A DNA stretch of 64,000 bases from Candidatus Omnitrophota bacterium (GTDB lineage Bacteria; Omnitrophota; Gorgyraeia; Zapsychrales; Zapsychraceae). The position numbers were made by a program, and so were the translations under genes. This document shows positions 1 to 12,949 of this stretch, piece after piece. Location of the stretch: assembly GCA_020429915.1 (NCBI GenBank), contig JAGQKV010000005.1, positions 136,279-200,278 of the forward strand. Direction: 5' to 3'. Numbering within the stretch: position 1 is the first letter of the stretch; the number at the start of each line of letters is the position of its first letter. The notes below the pieces were generated by a model. That model saw nothing but the letters and a program-made list of their open reading frames with translations, was not told the origin of the DNA and ran no database searches.

Positions 1-16
1 ACGAGGACTGGTTCTT

Positions 17-895
17 TCATTTTTTAATCAGTTGAATCAAGCGCTCCAAATCATCGAGGGAATAGTATTCAATGACGATTTTCCCGCGTTTTTTGGAGGC
101 GTCCACCCGGACTTTGGTGCCGAGAGACTTTTGCAACTCTTCCTCTAAACGAATTATTTCGTGGTTCTTTTGTTTTTCCTTCTTTTCCCGGCGGGCGCCG
201 GCCGGTTGTTTGGGCGTCGCGACGGCCTTGACGATATTCTCCAGTTCCCTAACCGAGAGCGCATCGCGGACAATGGCCTCGAACAGCTTGTTCCTCTCGT
301 CGTCATCATCGACTCCCAACAAGGTCCTGGCATGCCCCATACTAATCTGGCCATCAAAAACCCCGCGTTGTATATTCTCCGGCAGATTGAGGACACGTAG
401 TAAATTGGTGATGGTCGACCGGTCCTTACCGACGGCCTGAGCGACTTCTTCCTGAGTATACTGGAATTCATCGATAAGTTTGCGAAAGGCCTTGGCTTCC
501 TCAATTGGATTCAGTTCTTCCCGTTGAATGTTTTCGACCAAAGCGATTTCGAGCGCTTCTTTGTCGGTAACTTCCTTGATAATAATCGGGATCTTTTCCA
601 ACTTCAGGGCGCGGGCCGCGCGTAACCGCCGCTCACCGGCAACCACTTCAAAGCCGGAGTCCTTAGACCTGACCAGAATCGGCTGGAGAATCCCTTGCTC
701 ACGGATGGAATTCTTGAGTTCGAGGAGCTTTTCCTCATTGTAATCTATCCGCGGTTGGAGCGAATTATCCGCAACCAGGTTGGTGTCCACATAAACGACG
801 TTGCGGTCATCTCCAGAGCGCGATTGATCTGAAGGGTTATTAGCCTTGTCCGGTATAAGGGCGGATAAACCCTTGCCAAGTGCCCGATTATCCAT
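17..895 (-). CDS. parB: Chromosome partitioning protein ParB/Spo0J
   Basis: 292-aa ORF with the ParB N-terminal motif (GERRLRAARALKL) and an HTH region. Lies immediately downstream of parA and next to a parS site. Confidence 0.9.
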   Translation of the reverse strand: MDNRALGKGLSALIPDKANNPSDQSRSGDDRNVVYVDTNLVADNSLQPRIDYNEEKLLELKNSIREQGILQPILVRSKDSGFEVVAGERRLRAARALKLEKIPIIIKEVTDKEALEIALVENIQREELNPIEEAKAFRKLIDEFQYTQEEVAQAVGKDRSTITNLLRVLNLPENIQRGVFDGQISMGHARTLLGVDDDDERNKLFEAIVRDALSVRELENIVKAVATPKQPAGARREKKEKQKNHEIIRLEEELQKSLGTKVRVDASKKRGKIVIEYYSLDDLERLIQLIKK

Positions 896-931
896 AGCAT
901 GCTCCTTTGTTCATAAATTGAACAATTTAAT

Positions 932-1786
932 CTACTCCGAAATGACCGAATTATTGGTCTCCGGCTCCGGAGAGGTCTCGGCTTCGCGCCTTAAGTCATT
1001 CTCTTCGAATGACTTGTGATCCAGATTCTCGACACCCAACACTTCCTGGGCAAGTTCCGAGTAACGGACTGCGCCAATAGAATTGTTGTCGTACAAGGTG
1101 ATGGGCTTACCGTGACTGGGGGCCTCACTCAATCGTATATTACGGGGAATAATCGTGTCGTAGACTTTTTCTTTAAAATAATTCCGGATCTCTGTAATCA
1201 CCTCATTTGTCAAGTTCGTCCGGTAATCCGCCATTGTCAGGAGGACACCCTCAATGGCCAACGTCGGATTCAAACCTTCCCGGATTAGATTGAGGGTATT
1301 CAAAAGCTGCGATACACCCTCCAGGGCGTAAAACTCACACTGGATAGGTATGATGACAGATTGGCAGGCAACCAATGCATTGAGCGTCAGCAGTCCGAGC
1401 GACGGAGGGGAGTCTGTAAAAATGTAATCGTAATGATGCTGGATATGCGCCAGGGCATTCTTGAGACGTGTCTCGCGGGCAATGGCACCCACCAACTCTA
1501 TTTCCGCGCCAGTTAAATTGATGTTGCAGGGTATGATATCCAAATTCGGATAGATATCCTTGATTACTATCTCCTGAGGATGGGCTCGGTTTAGCAGCAA
1601 TTCGTATATGGTGTGATGAAGCTCGCTCTTATTGACACCCACACCGCTGGTAGCATTTCCTTGCGGGTCGACGTCAATTATAAGGACTTTCTTTCCGAGC
1701 TGGGCGAGAGCGGCGGCGAGATTTACGACGGTGGTGGTCTTGCCTGTTCCACCTTTTTGATTGCAGACCGAAATGATCTTTGCCAT
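932..1786 (-). CDS. parA: Chromosome partitioning ATPase ParA/Soj
   Basis: 284 aa with the deviant Walker A KGGTGKTT. Typical ParA/MinD fold; in operon with parB. Confidence 0.9.
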   Translation of the reverse strand: MAKIISVCNQKGGTGKTTTVVNLAAALAQLGKKVLIIDVDPQGNATSGVGVNKSELHHTIYELLLNRAHPQEIVIKDIYPNLDIIPCNINLTGAEIELVGAIARETRLKNALAHIQHHYDYIFTDSPPSLGLLTLNALVACQSVIIPIQCEFYALEGVSQLLNTLNLIREGLNPTLAIEGVLLTMADYRTNLTNEVITEIRNYFKEKVYDTIIPRNIRLSEAPSHGKPITLYDNNSIGAVRYSELAQEVLGVENLDHKSFEENDLRREAETSPEPETNNSVISE

Positions 1787-1812
1787 GGCGAGAAGGCCGG
1801 GATACGATATCC

Positions 1813-1828
1813 CGTTTCACGTGAAACA
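1813..1828. promoter_or_regulatory. parS: parS centromere-like site (cGTTTCACGTGAAACa)
   Basis: 14/16 match, with a perfect core, to the universal parS palindrome TGTTTCACGTGAAACA. Sits in the parAB leader next to further palindromes at 1798-1865. Confidence 0.7.
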
Positions 1829-1894
1829 TTTGATATGAAATGTTTATATCAAATATTTTCCTACAAAAACTTAAAAAATCAAGAACTTTTACAA

Positions 1895-2098
1895 CTATTT
1901 CATTGTAACTTTTATTTTAGCCGGATTGGCACCCTCCATACCGAAAAGACCCTTTTTTTCTTCGGAAACAACCTTCACAATAATATCATCCCGCTTAACC
2001 TGGAGCTCTTCCAAGGCTTTTTTAATCGCTTCCTCAATTGTGCTCCCAACAAACTCGAAACTCTTCTTTTCCTTACTATCCTGCTCATTCGTGCTCAT
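1895..2098 (-). CDS. Jag_N (KhpB N-terminal) domain-only protein; the 79-aa track ORF probably starts at the internal Met
   Basis: FEFVGSTIEEAIKKALEELQVKRDDIIVKV matches the Jag/KhpB N-terminal domain. Its ATG (2098..2096) overlaps the yidC TGA (2097..2095) as an ATGA coupling. No KH or R3H domains follow. Confidence 0.6.
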   Translation of the reverse strand: MSTNEQDSKEKKSFEFVGSTIEEAIKKALEELQVKRDDIIVKVVSEEKKGLFGMEGANPAKIKVTMK

Positions 2099-3735
2099 GC
2101 GTTGGTCACCTTTGGCTCTTTTGAGATCTTCCACTGGGTTATCGTTGAAAATATATAGAACATAGTGAAATACAGTGTCAGCCCGCTGGCGAATTTGTAA
2201 AATATAAATCCGAGCAGCAACGGCATGACCGTCATCATCATCTTCTGTTGCTGTTGTTGTACCGGATCGGCTGCCGTCATATTCTTTGCCGAGAATCTCT
2301 GCTGAACCGCCATTATTATAATCATCAAAATCGGCAACAAATTGATGTCCGTACCGATAACCGGCAGGCTAAAATCAAGTGTAAACAATCTATCCGGCTG
2401 TGACAAGTCCTTAATCCATAAAAAATGTGCGCCTTTAAAATCGACATTTCGCCATAAAACCTGATACAATCCGATAAAAACCGGCATTTGAAACAGCATC
2501 GGCAGGCATCCGCCGAGCGGGTTTATCTTCTCTCGTCGGTAAAGCTCCAGCATTTCCTGATTGAGCTTTTGCGGATTGTCTTCATAACGCTCCTTGAGCT
2601 GCTGGATCTTCGGTTGCAAAGCCTGCATACGCTTCATGGACGCCATGCCCTTAGCCGTGAGCGGATACATAGAGTAGTAGATCACTATACTGATCAGGAT
2701 AATACAAACGCCCCAATTGGGAATAAAACCGTACAAAACCTTCATTAATCCACCGATTAATTTCGCAATCGCGTCAAAAAGGCCGAATTTGTAATACCGC
2801 TTAATTTTATCGAAGTCTCCGCCATACTCCTTCAGCAGCTCCGTGCGTTCCGGACCAATGAATACTGTGTAATTGTAGTCTCTGGATTCCACAGGTGATA
2901 ATTTGTAAGGGGTAGAGTTCAAATGTAGCTGGAGGACCTGTTCCTCTATTACCCGCTGTGAATATCCCGTAGTCTCAAATTCGGGCTTGACGATCGTGGC
3001 ATAGTATCGATTTCGGAAGGCCAGCCAAGTGACGGATCCCTCTTCAGTTTTCTCGTCCTTTGGGCCAAACTTATAGGCGTTATTTTTTCGTTTGATACCC
3101 TTGGCGGAGTTAACCGCATACTCGTTTAGGCCACGATCGCGACTTGCCGCCGGCCCACTCACCTTAGGTTTGTTCGGATGATGCCCCTTTGGACCGTCAC
3201 GCATGTTTAACGTGAAACCTATAATGTCCAGTCTAACATCTTTGGACATTTCCCCATGATTTGTGACTTTATCCGTTACGTGGAGCGTATAGCCTTCTTC
3301 GTCCAGCGAATAAATGCGACTAACACTGAAGTCTTCATCCGTAAGGCGAAACTCCAGCAAACGGGGCTCCTGACGCGCCACCTGGAATACTCGTTGGGAA
3401 TATTCCTGAAATCCTCCAATGTGGTCGACCGGAAGAGGCTCATCGTATTCCTTCAGCTGAATGTGAACCAATCCTCCGCCGACATTGGCAAAGGTAATTT
3501 CCAATTGATCATTTTCGATGTGGAAATATTCGGTGGGAGTAACTTCTGCGGGTTCAATTGCTGACGTGGCCGCCGCACTGATATCTTCGATTTCAGCCGG
3601 TTGGTCGGTTGTCGTTTCGGTAGCGTTCAGGGATGCAGCGGTCTCGGGAGATTCCGGGGTTTTGGGCGCCATCATGGCCCAAAGATAGAGCACCAAAAAC
3701 GACAAGACGAATGATAGTACTAGCCTCTTTTCCAT
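2095..3735 (-). CDS. yidC: Membrane protein insertase YidC (long, diderm type with periplasmic P1 domain)
   Basis: 546 aa with an N-terminal TM, a large periplasmic domain, and the conserved C-terminal 5-TM core (IAKLIGGLMK..., GCLPMLFQMPVFIGLY). Confidence 0.9.
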   Translation of the reverse strand: MEKRLVLSFVLSFLVLYLWAMMAPKTPESPETAASLNATETTTDQPAEIEDISAAATSAIEPAEVTPTEYFHIENDQLEITFANVGGGLVHIQLKEYDEPLPVDHIGGFQEYSQRVFQVARQEPRLLEFRLTDEDFSVSRIYSLDEEGYTLHVTDKVTNHGEMSKDVRLDIIGFTLNMRDGPKGHHPNKPKVSGPAASRDRGLNEYAVNSAKGIKRKNNAYKFGPKDEKTEEGSVTWLAFRNRYYATIVKPEFETTGYSQRVIEEQVLQLHLNSTPYKLSPVESRDYNYTVFIGPERTELLKEYGGDFDKIKRYYKFGLFDAIAKLIGGLMKVLYGFIPNWGVCIILISIVIYYSMYPLTAKGMASMKRMQALQPKIQQLKERYEDNPQKLNQEMLELYRREKINPLGGCLPMLFQMPVFIGLYQVLWRNVDFKGAHFLWIKDLSQPDRLFTLDFSLPVIGTDINLLPILMIIIMAVQQRFSAKNMTAADPVQQQQQKMMMTVMPLLLGFIFYKFASGLTLYFTMFYIFSTITQWKISKEPKVTNA

Positions 3736-3810
3736 AATACAAGGCTTCTATCCACACACAAAAGTGCGGATATTAGAGGATTAGCGACGCGTTTTGACGC
3801 TGGATCAAGA

Positions 3811-3948
3811 TTACTTGGTAAGTCGCTTACGGCCTTTTCTGCGCCGACGGCTGAGAACATCGCGTCCGTCTTGCGTTTCCATGCGCTTGCGAAAACCGTG
3901 CTTACGTTTACCTTTTAAAATCGTGGGTGTCTTGAGGTTCTTTTTCAT
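3811..3948 (-). CDS. rpmH: 50S ribosomal protein L34
   Basis: Hand-translated 45-aa [48 protein letters not shown]. Too short for the ORF track. Divergent from dnaA. Confidence 0.85.
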   Translation of the reverse strand: MKKNLKTPTILKGKRKHGFRKRMETQDGRDVLSRRRRKGRKRLTK

Positions 3949-4484
3949 GGCAGCTCTTAATAACAAAACAGGATGGTTGCTAAACCATCCTTTGGTTTTA
4001 CACTATAGGGGTAAATATGACTGTCAATTATAACACAGGCTTTATCATAGTCAAGGAATTTTGCCGGCCCAAAGACAAAAAATTATGGCTTGCATAAAGT
4101 TACAATTTTGATAAAATTCTAACTTCCTCGTCGGAGAGTTGACCGCAGCCTCCAGGACGCCTCATAGTCAAGAACGGGAAGGATTTGCACAGTTAGTCAT
4201 GTCGGTGGCCAAAATATGATTTGAATTAGAAATTTTCTTTGTTATAATAAAACACTTTTACCGGACAATCTCAATAATTATTCCATACATCACAGATCAA
4301 TTCCGTTCGAAATTCTTGCTGTTGATGGCCTGATTTTATGTGCAAGAATTTGTCCTGTCGCGTCATACTGCTTTTTCCAAGCCTGTGGAAAACTTGTGAA
4401 TACCTTCGTATCAGATTCTTAAGACATTAATATATAATAATTTGCGGAAAATAAGTTATTAACTTTTCCGGGAGCTTCCGCTCA
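3949..4484. promoter_or_regulatory. rpmH/dnaA divergent promoter region with DnaA-box-like 9-mers (candidate oriC part I)
   Basis: AT-rich 0.5 kb. TGTGGAAAA (4383-4391) and TTGTGAATA (4395-4403) are each one or two mismatches from TTATCCACA. A 9-bp hairpin at 3970-3991 lies in the rpmH leader. Confidence 0.4.
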
Positions 4485-5822
4485 ATGAGTCTCACAGAAA
4501 TCTGGGAAAAAGCCCAAACGGATATTCGCGCGAAGGTCGGCGATACCTCTTATGAAACATGGTTCTCAACGGTACAGGCAAAAGAAAAGGATCCCGGAAC
4601 CCTGGTCATCGAAACCCCCGATGACTTCTTCAAAAACTGGATAATCGAGCATTACCGCGACTTCATCCACGACACCCTCCACGCATTTTCTCCCCATAAC
4701 ATTAATATTGAATACTCGGTCAACAGCGGCATTCTCAAGAAGGATACCCAAACCCGACTTATGGAGTTTGAGAAGGGATTCCGCTCCGAGGAAGTCAAGT
4801 CACTCTCCAAACTGAATACTCGCTTCACCTTTGACAATTTTGTCGTTGGACCGTCCAACCGGTTTGCCGCCGCCGCCGGATTGGCTGTCGCCGAGTCGCC
4901 GGCCAAGGCATACAATCCGCTTTTCATTTACGGACAAGTCGGGCTGGGAAAAACTCATCTTATCCAGGCAATAACCCACAAGATATCGCAACTGCATCCT
5001 CAGCACAAGCATTTCTATATGTCTTCCGAACAATTCACGACCGAATTGATCGATTCTATCCGCACCCGATCCACTAACGAGTTCCGCAAAAAGTACCGTC
5101 AGATCGATGTTTTGCTAATTGATGATATCCAGTTTATTGCGGGTAAGGAATCGACACAGGAGGAATTTTTTCACACTTTTAACTTTTTGCATGACAATCG
5201 CAAGCAAATTATTATCACTTCGGACCGCCCGCCGAAGGAGATCTCGAATCTGGAAGAACGGCTGAGTTCCCGATTCTCCTGGGGCCTGATAACCGATATT
5301 CAACCGCCGGATTTCGAAACGCGCGTTGCTATTCTGCGCAAAAAAATGGAAACGGAAACGGTCAAAGTTCCTGATGACGTCATCTTCTTTATTGCTGAAC
5401 AAATCCAGACGAATATCCGTGAACTTGAAGGGGCCCTGATCAGGGTGGCAGCCTATGCTTTATTGGAAGAGAAGCCTATCTCTTTGGACATGGCAAAGCT
5501 TATCCTGAAAGACATGGTCCGGGAGAGTACTAAGATCATCAGTGTTGAAATGATTCAAAAGACAGTAGCCCAATTTTTTGCCGTGACAACGGCCGACTTG
5601 CAAGCTAAAAGGAGAAATAAGAATATCGTTTTGGCCCGTCAGGTCGCTATGTACTTAAGCCGGAACCTTGCGCAAATGTCTTATCCCGAAATCGGCAACG
5701 CCTTCGGAGGAAAGGACCACACCACGGTACTGCACTCCTGCAACAAAATCAAAACCGTCATTGAGACTGATGAAGACTTAAAGACATCCATCAGGAAGTT
5801 AACAACACAATTAAAAGGTTAA
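4485..5822 (+). CDS. dnaA: Chromosomal replication initiator DnaA
   Basis: 445 aa. AAA+ Walker A GQVGLGKTHL, and C-terminal DnaA-box binding domain (VAMYLSRNL...GGKDHTTVLH). Confidence 0.95.
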   Translation: MSLTEIWEKAQTDIRAKVGDTSYETWFSTVQAKEKDPGTLVIETPDDFFKNWIIEHYRDFIHDTLHAFSPHNINIEYSVNSGILKKDTQTRLMEFEKGFRSEEVKSLSKLNTRFTFDNFVVGPSNRFAAAAGLAVAESPAKAYNPLFIYGQVGLGKTHLIQAITHKISQLHPQHKHFYMSSEQFTTELIDSIRTRSTNEFRKKYRQIDVLLIDDIQFIAGKESTQEEFFHTFNFLHDNRKQIIITSDRPPKEISNLEERLSSRFSWGLITDIQPPDFETRVAILRKKMETETVKVPDDVIFFIAEQIQTNIRELEGALIRVAAYALLEEKPISLDMAKLILKDMVRESTKIISVEMIQKTVAQFFAVTTADLQAKRRNKNIVLARQVAMYLSRNLAQMSYPEIGNAFGGKDHTTVLHSCNKIKTVIETDEDLKTSIRKLTTQLKG

Positions 5823-5970
5823 TCACCGGGTTGTCCATAAGTTATTCACACAATTTTTGTTCATAAATCTTTTATTTTCAATGTTTTATTTTTTTATCCC
5901 TTTTTCCACAGGAACTACTGTTACAATTACTAGATGTAAATACAATATAGATTAAGCGAGGTGTTGATAA
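5823..5970. promoter_or_regulatory. dnaA-dnaN intergenic region: DnaA boxes plus AT-rich DUE (candidate oriC part II)
   Basis: TTATTCACA (about 5842) and TTTTCCACA (about 5900) are each one mismatch from consensus. They flank a 60-nt run of more than 80% AT. Confidence 0.5.
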
Positions 5971-7059
5971 ATGAAATTCAAAGCATCTAAGGAGCATTTA
6001 TTAGAAGGGATACATAAGGTACAGAACGTTGTATCTACAAAAGTGACTCTACCTATCCTTTCTAACATTCTTATTGAAACCAAGGGCAATATCCTCAAGC
6101 TCAATGCGACCGATTTGGATATCGGCATTTCCTGTGAAATACCTGTGGAAACAGTTGAAGAAGGGGCTATAACCGTTCCGGCCAAGCGATTTAGCGATAT
6201 AGTCAAAGAATTGCCATATGGGGATATCTCGGTAACGGCCAAAAAGAATAATCAAATCGACATTGAGGGGACCAATGTCCGGTTTAAGTTGATCGGACTG
6301 CCCAAAGAAGAATTTCCAAAATTTCCGGAGTTCAACAGTAAGGAAAATGTCCAAATTGAGCAGGCAACATTAAGGGAAATGCTGCGCTTGACGTCATTTG
6401 CGGTTTCACATGAAGAATCGCGTTATGTCTTGAACGGAGTTTTGTTGGAAATTGAAGGCGACCGTATCCGCATTGTGGCTACAGACGGCCGCCGATTGGC
6501 CAAAATAGAAAAATCTATGGAATCCAGCCTGCCGCGGGACATCAGCGTTATTATTCCCAGCAAGGCAATTCAGGAAATCAATCGCAATCTGGTTGATGAG
6601 GGAACAGTGTCCTTTGTCATTGGACAAAACCAGGTTCTGTTCAATATCAACGGGACCCTCATTGCGACCCGGATTATCGAAGGTGAGTTTCCCAATTATA
6701 ATCAAGTTATCCCCAAACCCATTGAAAACCGGGTGATCATGAACCGACAGGAACTGCTCTCATCGATCCGGCGGGCCAACTTGCTGGCCACACCGGATTT
6801 TCAGGCTGTTAAGTTCGAGGTCTTTCCTGACAAAATGGTGGTATCCAAAAGTACCCCGGATGTCGGAGAGTCCCGGGAGGAAATTCCGGTAGAGTACAAG
6901 GGATCGGAAATGGTCGTCGGATTCAATCCACAATTCCTGATCGATTTTCTCAAGAATATATCGGAAGAGCAAATCGAAATGGAGCTTCTGGGAGTGGACA
7001 AGCCTGCCGTAATGCGCATGGAAGACTATCTGTACTTAGCCCTCCCCATGCGAATTTAG
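5971..7059 (+). CDS. dnaN: DNA polymerase III beta sliding clamp
   Basis: 362 aa with a three-domain beta-clamp signature. Canonical position after dnaA. Confidence 0.95.
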   Translation: MKFKASKEHLLEGIHKVQNVVSTKVTLPILSNILIETKGNILKLNATDLDIGISCEIPVETVEEGAITVPAKRFSDIVKELPYGDISVTAKKNNQIDIEGTNVRFKLIGLPKEEFPKFPEFNSKENVQIEQATLREMLRLTSFAVSHEESRYVLNGVLLEIEGDRIRIVATDGRRLAKIEKSMESSLPRDISVIIPSKAIQEINRNLVDEGTVSFVIGQNQVLFNINGTLIATRIIEGEFPNYNQVIPKPIENRVIMNRQELLSSIRRANLLATPDFQAVKFEVFPDKMVVSKSTPDVGESREEIPVEYKGSEMVVGFNPQFLIDFLKNISEEQIEMELLGVDKPAVMRMEDYLYLALPMRI

Positions 7060-7096
7060 ACAAAAATAAAAAAACGATGGCGATTGAAAATCACCT

Positions 7097-9828
<2,732 letters not shown>

Positions 9829-9858
9829 GACTAGCTTTACCAGAAAGGCCCCATAAAA

Positions 9859-12309
9859 ATGCAAGATCCTTCCATGCAAGAAAAAATTATTCCGGTCTAC
9901 ATTGAAGAGGAGATGAAAAAGTCGTATCTCTCCTATTCGATGAGTGTCATTGTCGGACGCGCCCTGCCGGATGTCCGCGACGGACTTAAGCCCGTACACC
10001 GCAGAATCTTATACGCCATGTATGACGAAGGGTTGCTACCCAACAAGCGTTTTTCGAAATGCGCCGGTGTGGTCGGAGAAGTGTTAAAGAAATATCACCC
10101 GCACGGCGACTCGGCCGTGTACGACACCCTGGTGCGTATGGTGCAGGACTTTTCCCTCCGTTATCCGCTGATTCAGGGGCAGGGGAATTTCGGATCGATC
10201 GATGGTGACAATGCCGCGGCGTATCGCTATACGGAGGCCCGGTTGGCTCCGATCGCGATGGCCATGTTAAATGATATCGACAAAAACACCGTCAATATGA
10301 TCCCGAATTTTGATGGGGAGAACCGGGAACCGGAAATCCTGCCGGCTACGGTCCCCAATCTGCTGGTGAACGGGTCCAGCGGGATTGCCGTCGGGATGGC
10401 TACTAATATGCCGCCGCATAATCTGGCTGAAATATCCGATGCCACCGTATATCTGATTGATAAGCCTGACGCGACCACCAAAGAGTTGATGAAGATTGTC
10501 AAAGGCCCGGATTTTCCTACCGGCGGCATCATTTGCGGCAAGGAGGGGATCAAAAGCGCCTACGAAACAGGACGCGGTAAACTGACCGTTCGGGCAAAAG
10601 CGAATATCGAGAAGCAGAAGAACAAAAAGGACGCGATCGTCGTTACCGAAATTCCTTATCAGGTTAACAAGAATAATCTGGTCAAGGCGATTGCCGATTT
10701 GGTCAATAATAAAAAGGTTGACGGCATTACCGATGTACGCGACGAGTCGGACAAGGAAGGCATCCGGATCGTTCTTGATATGCGCCGTGACGTGAATGCC
10801 CAAATTATCCTTAATCACCTCTACAAACACACCCAACTGGAAACAACATTCGGGATTATCAATCTGGCGCTGGTGAATAACACTCCTAAAGTGTTGAGTT
10901 TAAAGGAGATTATCAGCCAGTATATCGATCACCGCCGGGTGGTCGTGCGCCGCCGGACGCAGTTCGAATTGGACAAGGCCCTGCGCCGTGCGCATATTCT
11001 GGAAGGCTACCGGATCGCCATTGATCATATCAACGAGATAATCAAGACGATCCGCGAGTCCAAGAGCACGCAAACGGCCAAGGTGAACCTGATGAAGAAG
11101 TTCGGCTTCACTGAAATTCAGGCCCAGGCCATTCTTGAGATGCAATTGCAGAGGTTGACGGCCCTCGAACGCGACAAAATCGAACAGGAATACAAGTCGC
11201 TGCTGAAGGATATCGAGAATTACCGGGCTATTTTGGCCTCCGAGAAAAAGATCGACGGCATTATCAAGACGGAACTCCTGGAAGTCAGCAAGAAATACTC
11301 CAACGACCGGCGCACGGAGATTGCCGCCAAGGCCGAGGAAATCGAGCTGGAAGATCTTATCGCCGAGGAAGATATGGCCATTACGATCAGCAATTCCGGT
11401 TATATTAAGAGGCTGGCCGTATCCTCCTATCGTAAGCAGAAACGCGGCGGCAAAGGTGTTTCGGCGATGTCCACCCGTGAGGAGGATTTCGTCAAACAGC
11501 TCTTTATCGCGTCCTCAAAGGACTACCTGCTGATATTTTCCAACTTGGGGATCGTGCGCTGGTTGAAAGTTTATGAGATTCCGATCGCCGCCCGCACGGC
11601 CAAGGGCAAAAATATCGTCAATCTTCTTTCCATGAAGAATGATGAGCATATCAGCTCGATTGTCGCGGTAAAGGACTTTTCCGAAGATTTCTCGTTGGTG
11701 ATGGCCACGGCGATGGGGAACGTCAAAAAGACGAATCTCTCGCTGTTCAGCAATCCGCGCAAGGGCGGCATAGTCGGCATCAGCCTGGAAAAGGGCGACC
11801 GCCTCATCGGAACGGCCTTGAGCAGCGGAAAGAGCGAAGTGATTTTGGCGACGCGCGACGGGAAGGCGTTACGGTTTCCCGAGAAGAACATTCGCAGCAT
11901 GGGCCGTTCGGCCAAAGGTGTCCGCGGGATCAGCCTGGCCAAGAAGGACGAGGTGGTCAGCATGATCGTCTTTCCGCCGGAGATCAGCAACAGCGGCAGC
12001 ACCCTGTTGTCGGTCACGGAAAGCGGGTACGCCAAGCGGTCCGACTTCAACGATTACCGCGTCCAGTCCCGTGGCGGCAAAGGGATTATCAACGTCAAGG
12101 TCACTGACCGTAACGGCAAGGTAGTCGGGGTATTGGCGGTCATGCCAGGCGACGAGATCATGGCTGTGACCAAATCCGGCATGATGGTCCGCTGTTCGCC
12201 GGCCGAAATCCGGCAAACTGGCCGCAGCGCAGTGGGTGTTCGCTTGATTTCATTGAAAGAACGCGATTATGTAACGTCCGTCGCCAATATTGTTTCGAAA
12301 GACGAGTAG
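9859..12309 (+). CDS. gyrA: DNA gyrase subunit A
   Basis: 816 aa. The active-site region (AAMRYTE-like) reads [18 protein letters not shown], followed by C-terminal beta-pinwheel repeats. Confidence 0.95.
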   Translation: MQDPSMQEKIIPVYIEEEMKKSYLSYSMSVIVGRALPDVRDGLKPVHRRILYAMYDEGLLPNKRFSKCAGVVGEVLKKYHPHGDSAVYDTLVRMVQDFSLRYPLIQGQGNFGSIDGDNAAAYRYTEARLAPIAMAMLNDIDKNTVNMIPNFDGENREPEILPATVPNLLVNGSSGIAVGMATNMPPHNLAEISDATVYLIDKPDATTKELMKIVKGPDFPTGGIICGKEGIKSAYETGRGKLTVRAKANIEKQKNKKDAIVVTEIPYQVNKNNLVKAIADLVNNKKVDGITDVRDESDKEGIRIVLDMRRDVNAQIILNHLYKHTQLETTFGIINLALVNNTPKVLSLKEIISQYIDHRRVVVRRRTQFELDKALRRAHILEGYRIAIDHINEIIKTIRESKSTQTAKVNLMKKFGFTEIQAQAILEMQLQRLTALERDKIEQEYKSLLKDIENYRAILASEKKIDGIIKTELLEVSKKYSNDRRTEIAAKAEEIELEDLIAEEDMAITISNSGYIKRLAVSSYRKQKRGGKGVSAMSTREEDFVKQLFIASSKDYLLIFSNLGIVRWLKVYEIPIAARTAKGKNIVNLLSMKNDEHISSIVAVKDFSEDFSLVMATAMGNVKKTNLSLFSNPRKGGIVGISLEKGDRLIGTALSSGKSEVILATRDGKALRFPEKNIRSMGRSAKGVRGISLAKKDEVVSMIVFPPEISNSGSTLLSVTESGYAKRSDFNDYRVQSRGGKGIINVKVTDRNGKVVGVLAVMPGDEIMAVTKSGMMVRCSPAEIRQTGRSAVGVRLISLKERDYVTSVANIVSKDE

Positions 12310-12328
12310 CCCGACGGAAATTTTTTAC

Positions 12329-12356
12329 TTGACCGCAAATAAATAATTCATATAAT
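12329..12356 (+). promoter_or_regulatory. Sigma70-type promoter (TTGACC-16-TATAAT) for tRNA-Glu
   Basis: Near-consensus -35 and -10 hexamers with a 16-nt spacer, about 22 nt upstream of the tRNA 5' end. Confidence 0.5.
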
Positions 12357-12378
12357 AGGCTTTTATATTTCCGACTAC

Positions 12379-12452
12379 GACCCCATCGTCTAGTCAGGTT
12401 AGGACATCAGCTTTTCAAGCTGAGAGCCGGGGTTCAAATCCCCGTGGGGTCG
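12379..12452 (+). tRNA. tRNA-Glu (anticodon UUC)
   Basis: Cloverleaf folded by hand. The 7-bp acceptor stem GACCCCA pairs with TGGGGTC. The anticodon stem TCAGC/GCTGA carries loop TTTTCAA, giving anticodon TTC. The T-arm is CGGGG-TTCAAAT-CCCCG. CCA is not encoded. Confidence 0.85.
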
Positions 12453-12461
12453 CTTATCTTC

Positions 12462-12540
12462 ACACAACGGGAGTTTTTCCCGCCGCCTGTTCGGTTACAC
12501 GAACGGCTCCGGCCGGGGCAAAACTCCCGTTTTGTGTTTA
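12462..12540 (+). terminator. Long interrupted hairpin downstream of the tRNA (putative terminator or processing structure)
   Basis: ACACAACGGGAGTTTT (12462-12477) pairs with AAAACTCCCGTTTTGTGT (12520-12537). The roughly 40-nt loop contains an inner GTTCG/CGAAC hairpin, and T-rich sequence follows. Confidence 0.4.
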
Positions 12541-12949
12541 TGGCTATTTGGATTCCCGGCCGCTAATTTTCACTCAGGTGCCGCGGCAAGAGGATTCCCC
12601 CCGAATACACGGGCATTCATTCCAAAAGCGTAAACTAGCACAATATATGGACTTGAGTACAGAGGAGGCGGTATGTGAATGACTCTACCGGGTATGTGCG
12701 GCGGAGCACAGCCAATATGGGCCCTCCACGGCTTACCGGTAAGACATGGTGCCCCCAGAGTTCTTCATGAATATGTGAATCCGGCAGGCCGATAGGGCAT
12801 CTTTTTTATGGAAAGAGGATCGCCTCCTACGTATAATGGAAATCCCAGAAATAATCTACGTCCTTATCTGAACAGGAAAAGGAATCCGTGACAACAAACA
12901 CGTCGCCGAGGAAAGTCCGAAAAGGGACGTAAATACCAAATAATCCGAC

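Noticed and set aside
2488-2748. Several 60-130 aa + strand ORFs inside yidC, dnaA, gyrB and gyrA.
   Set aside because: Alternative-frame ORFs nested in strongly supported genes.
12908-12919. GAGGAAAGTCCG, identical to the RNase P RNA P4 5' motif, found while looking for the missing rnp genes.
   Set aside because: It is an isolated 12-mer, 30 nt upstream of the methyltransferase ATG. A roughly 350-nt RNase P RNA would have to overlap a well-supported CDS, and no P4 3' partner (ACAGAA..CCGGCTTA) lies nearby. More likely chance or an SD-like element.
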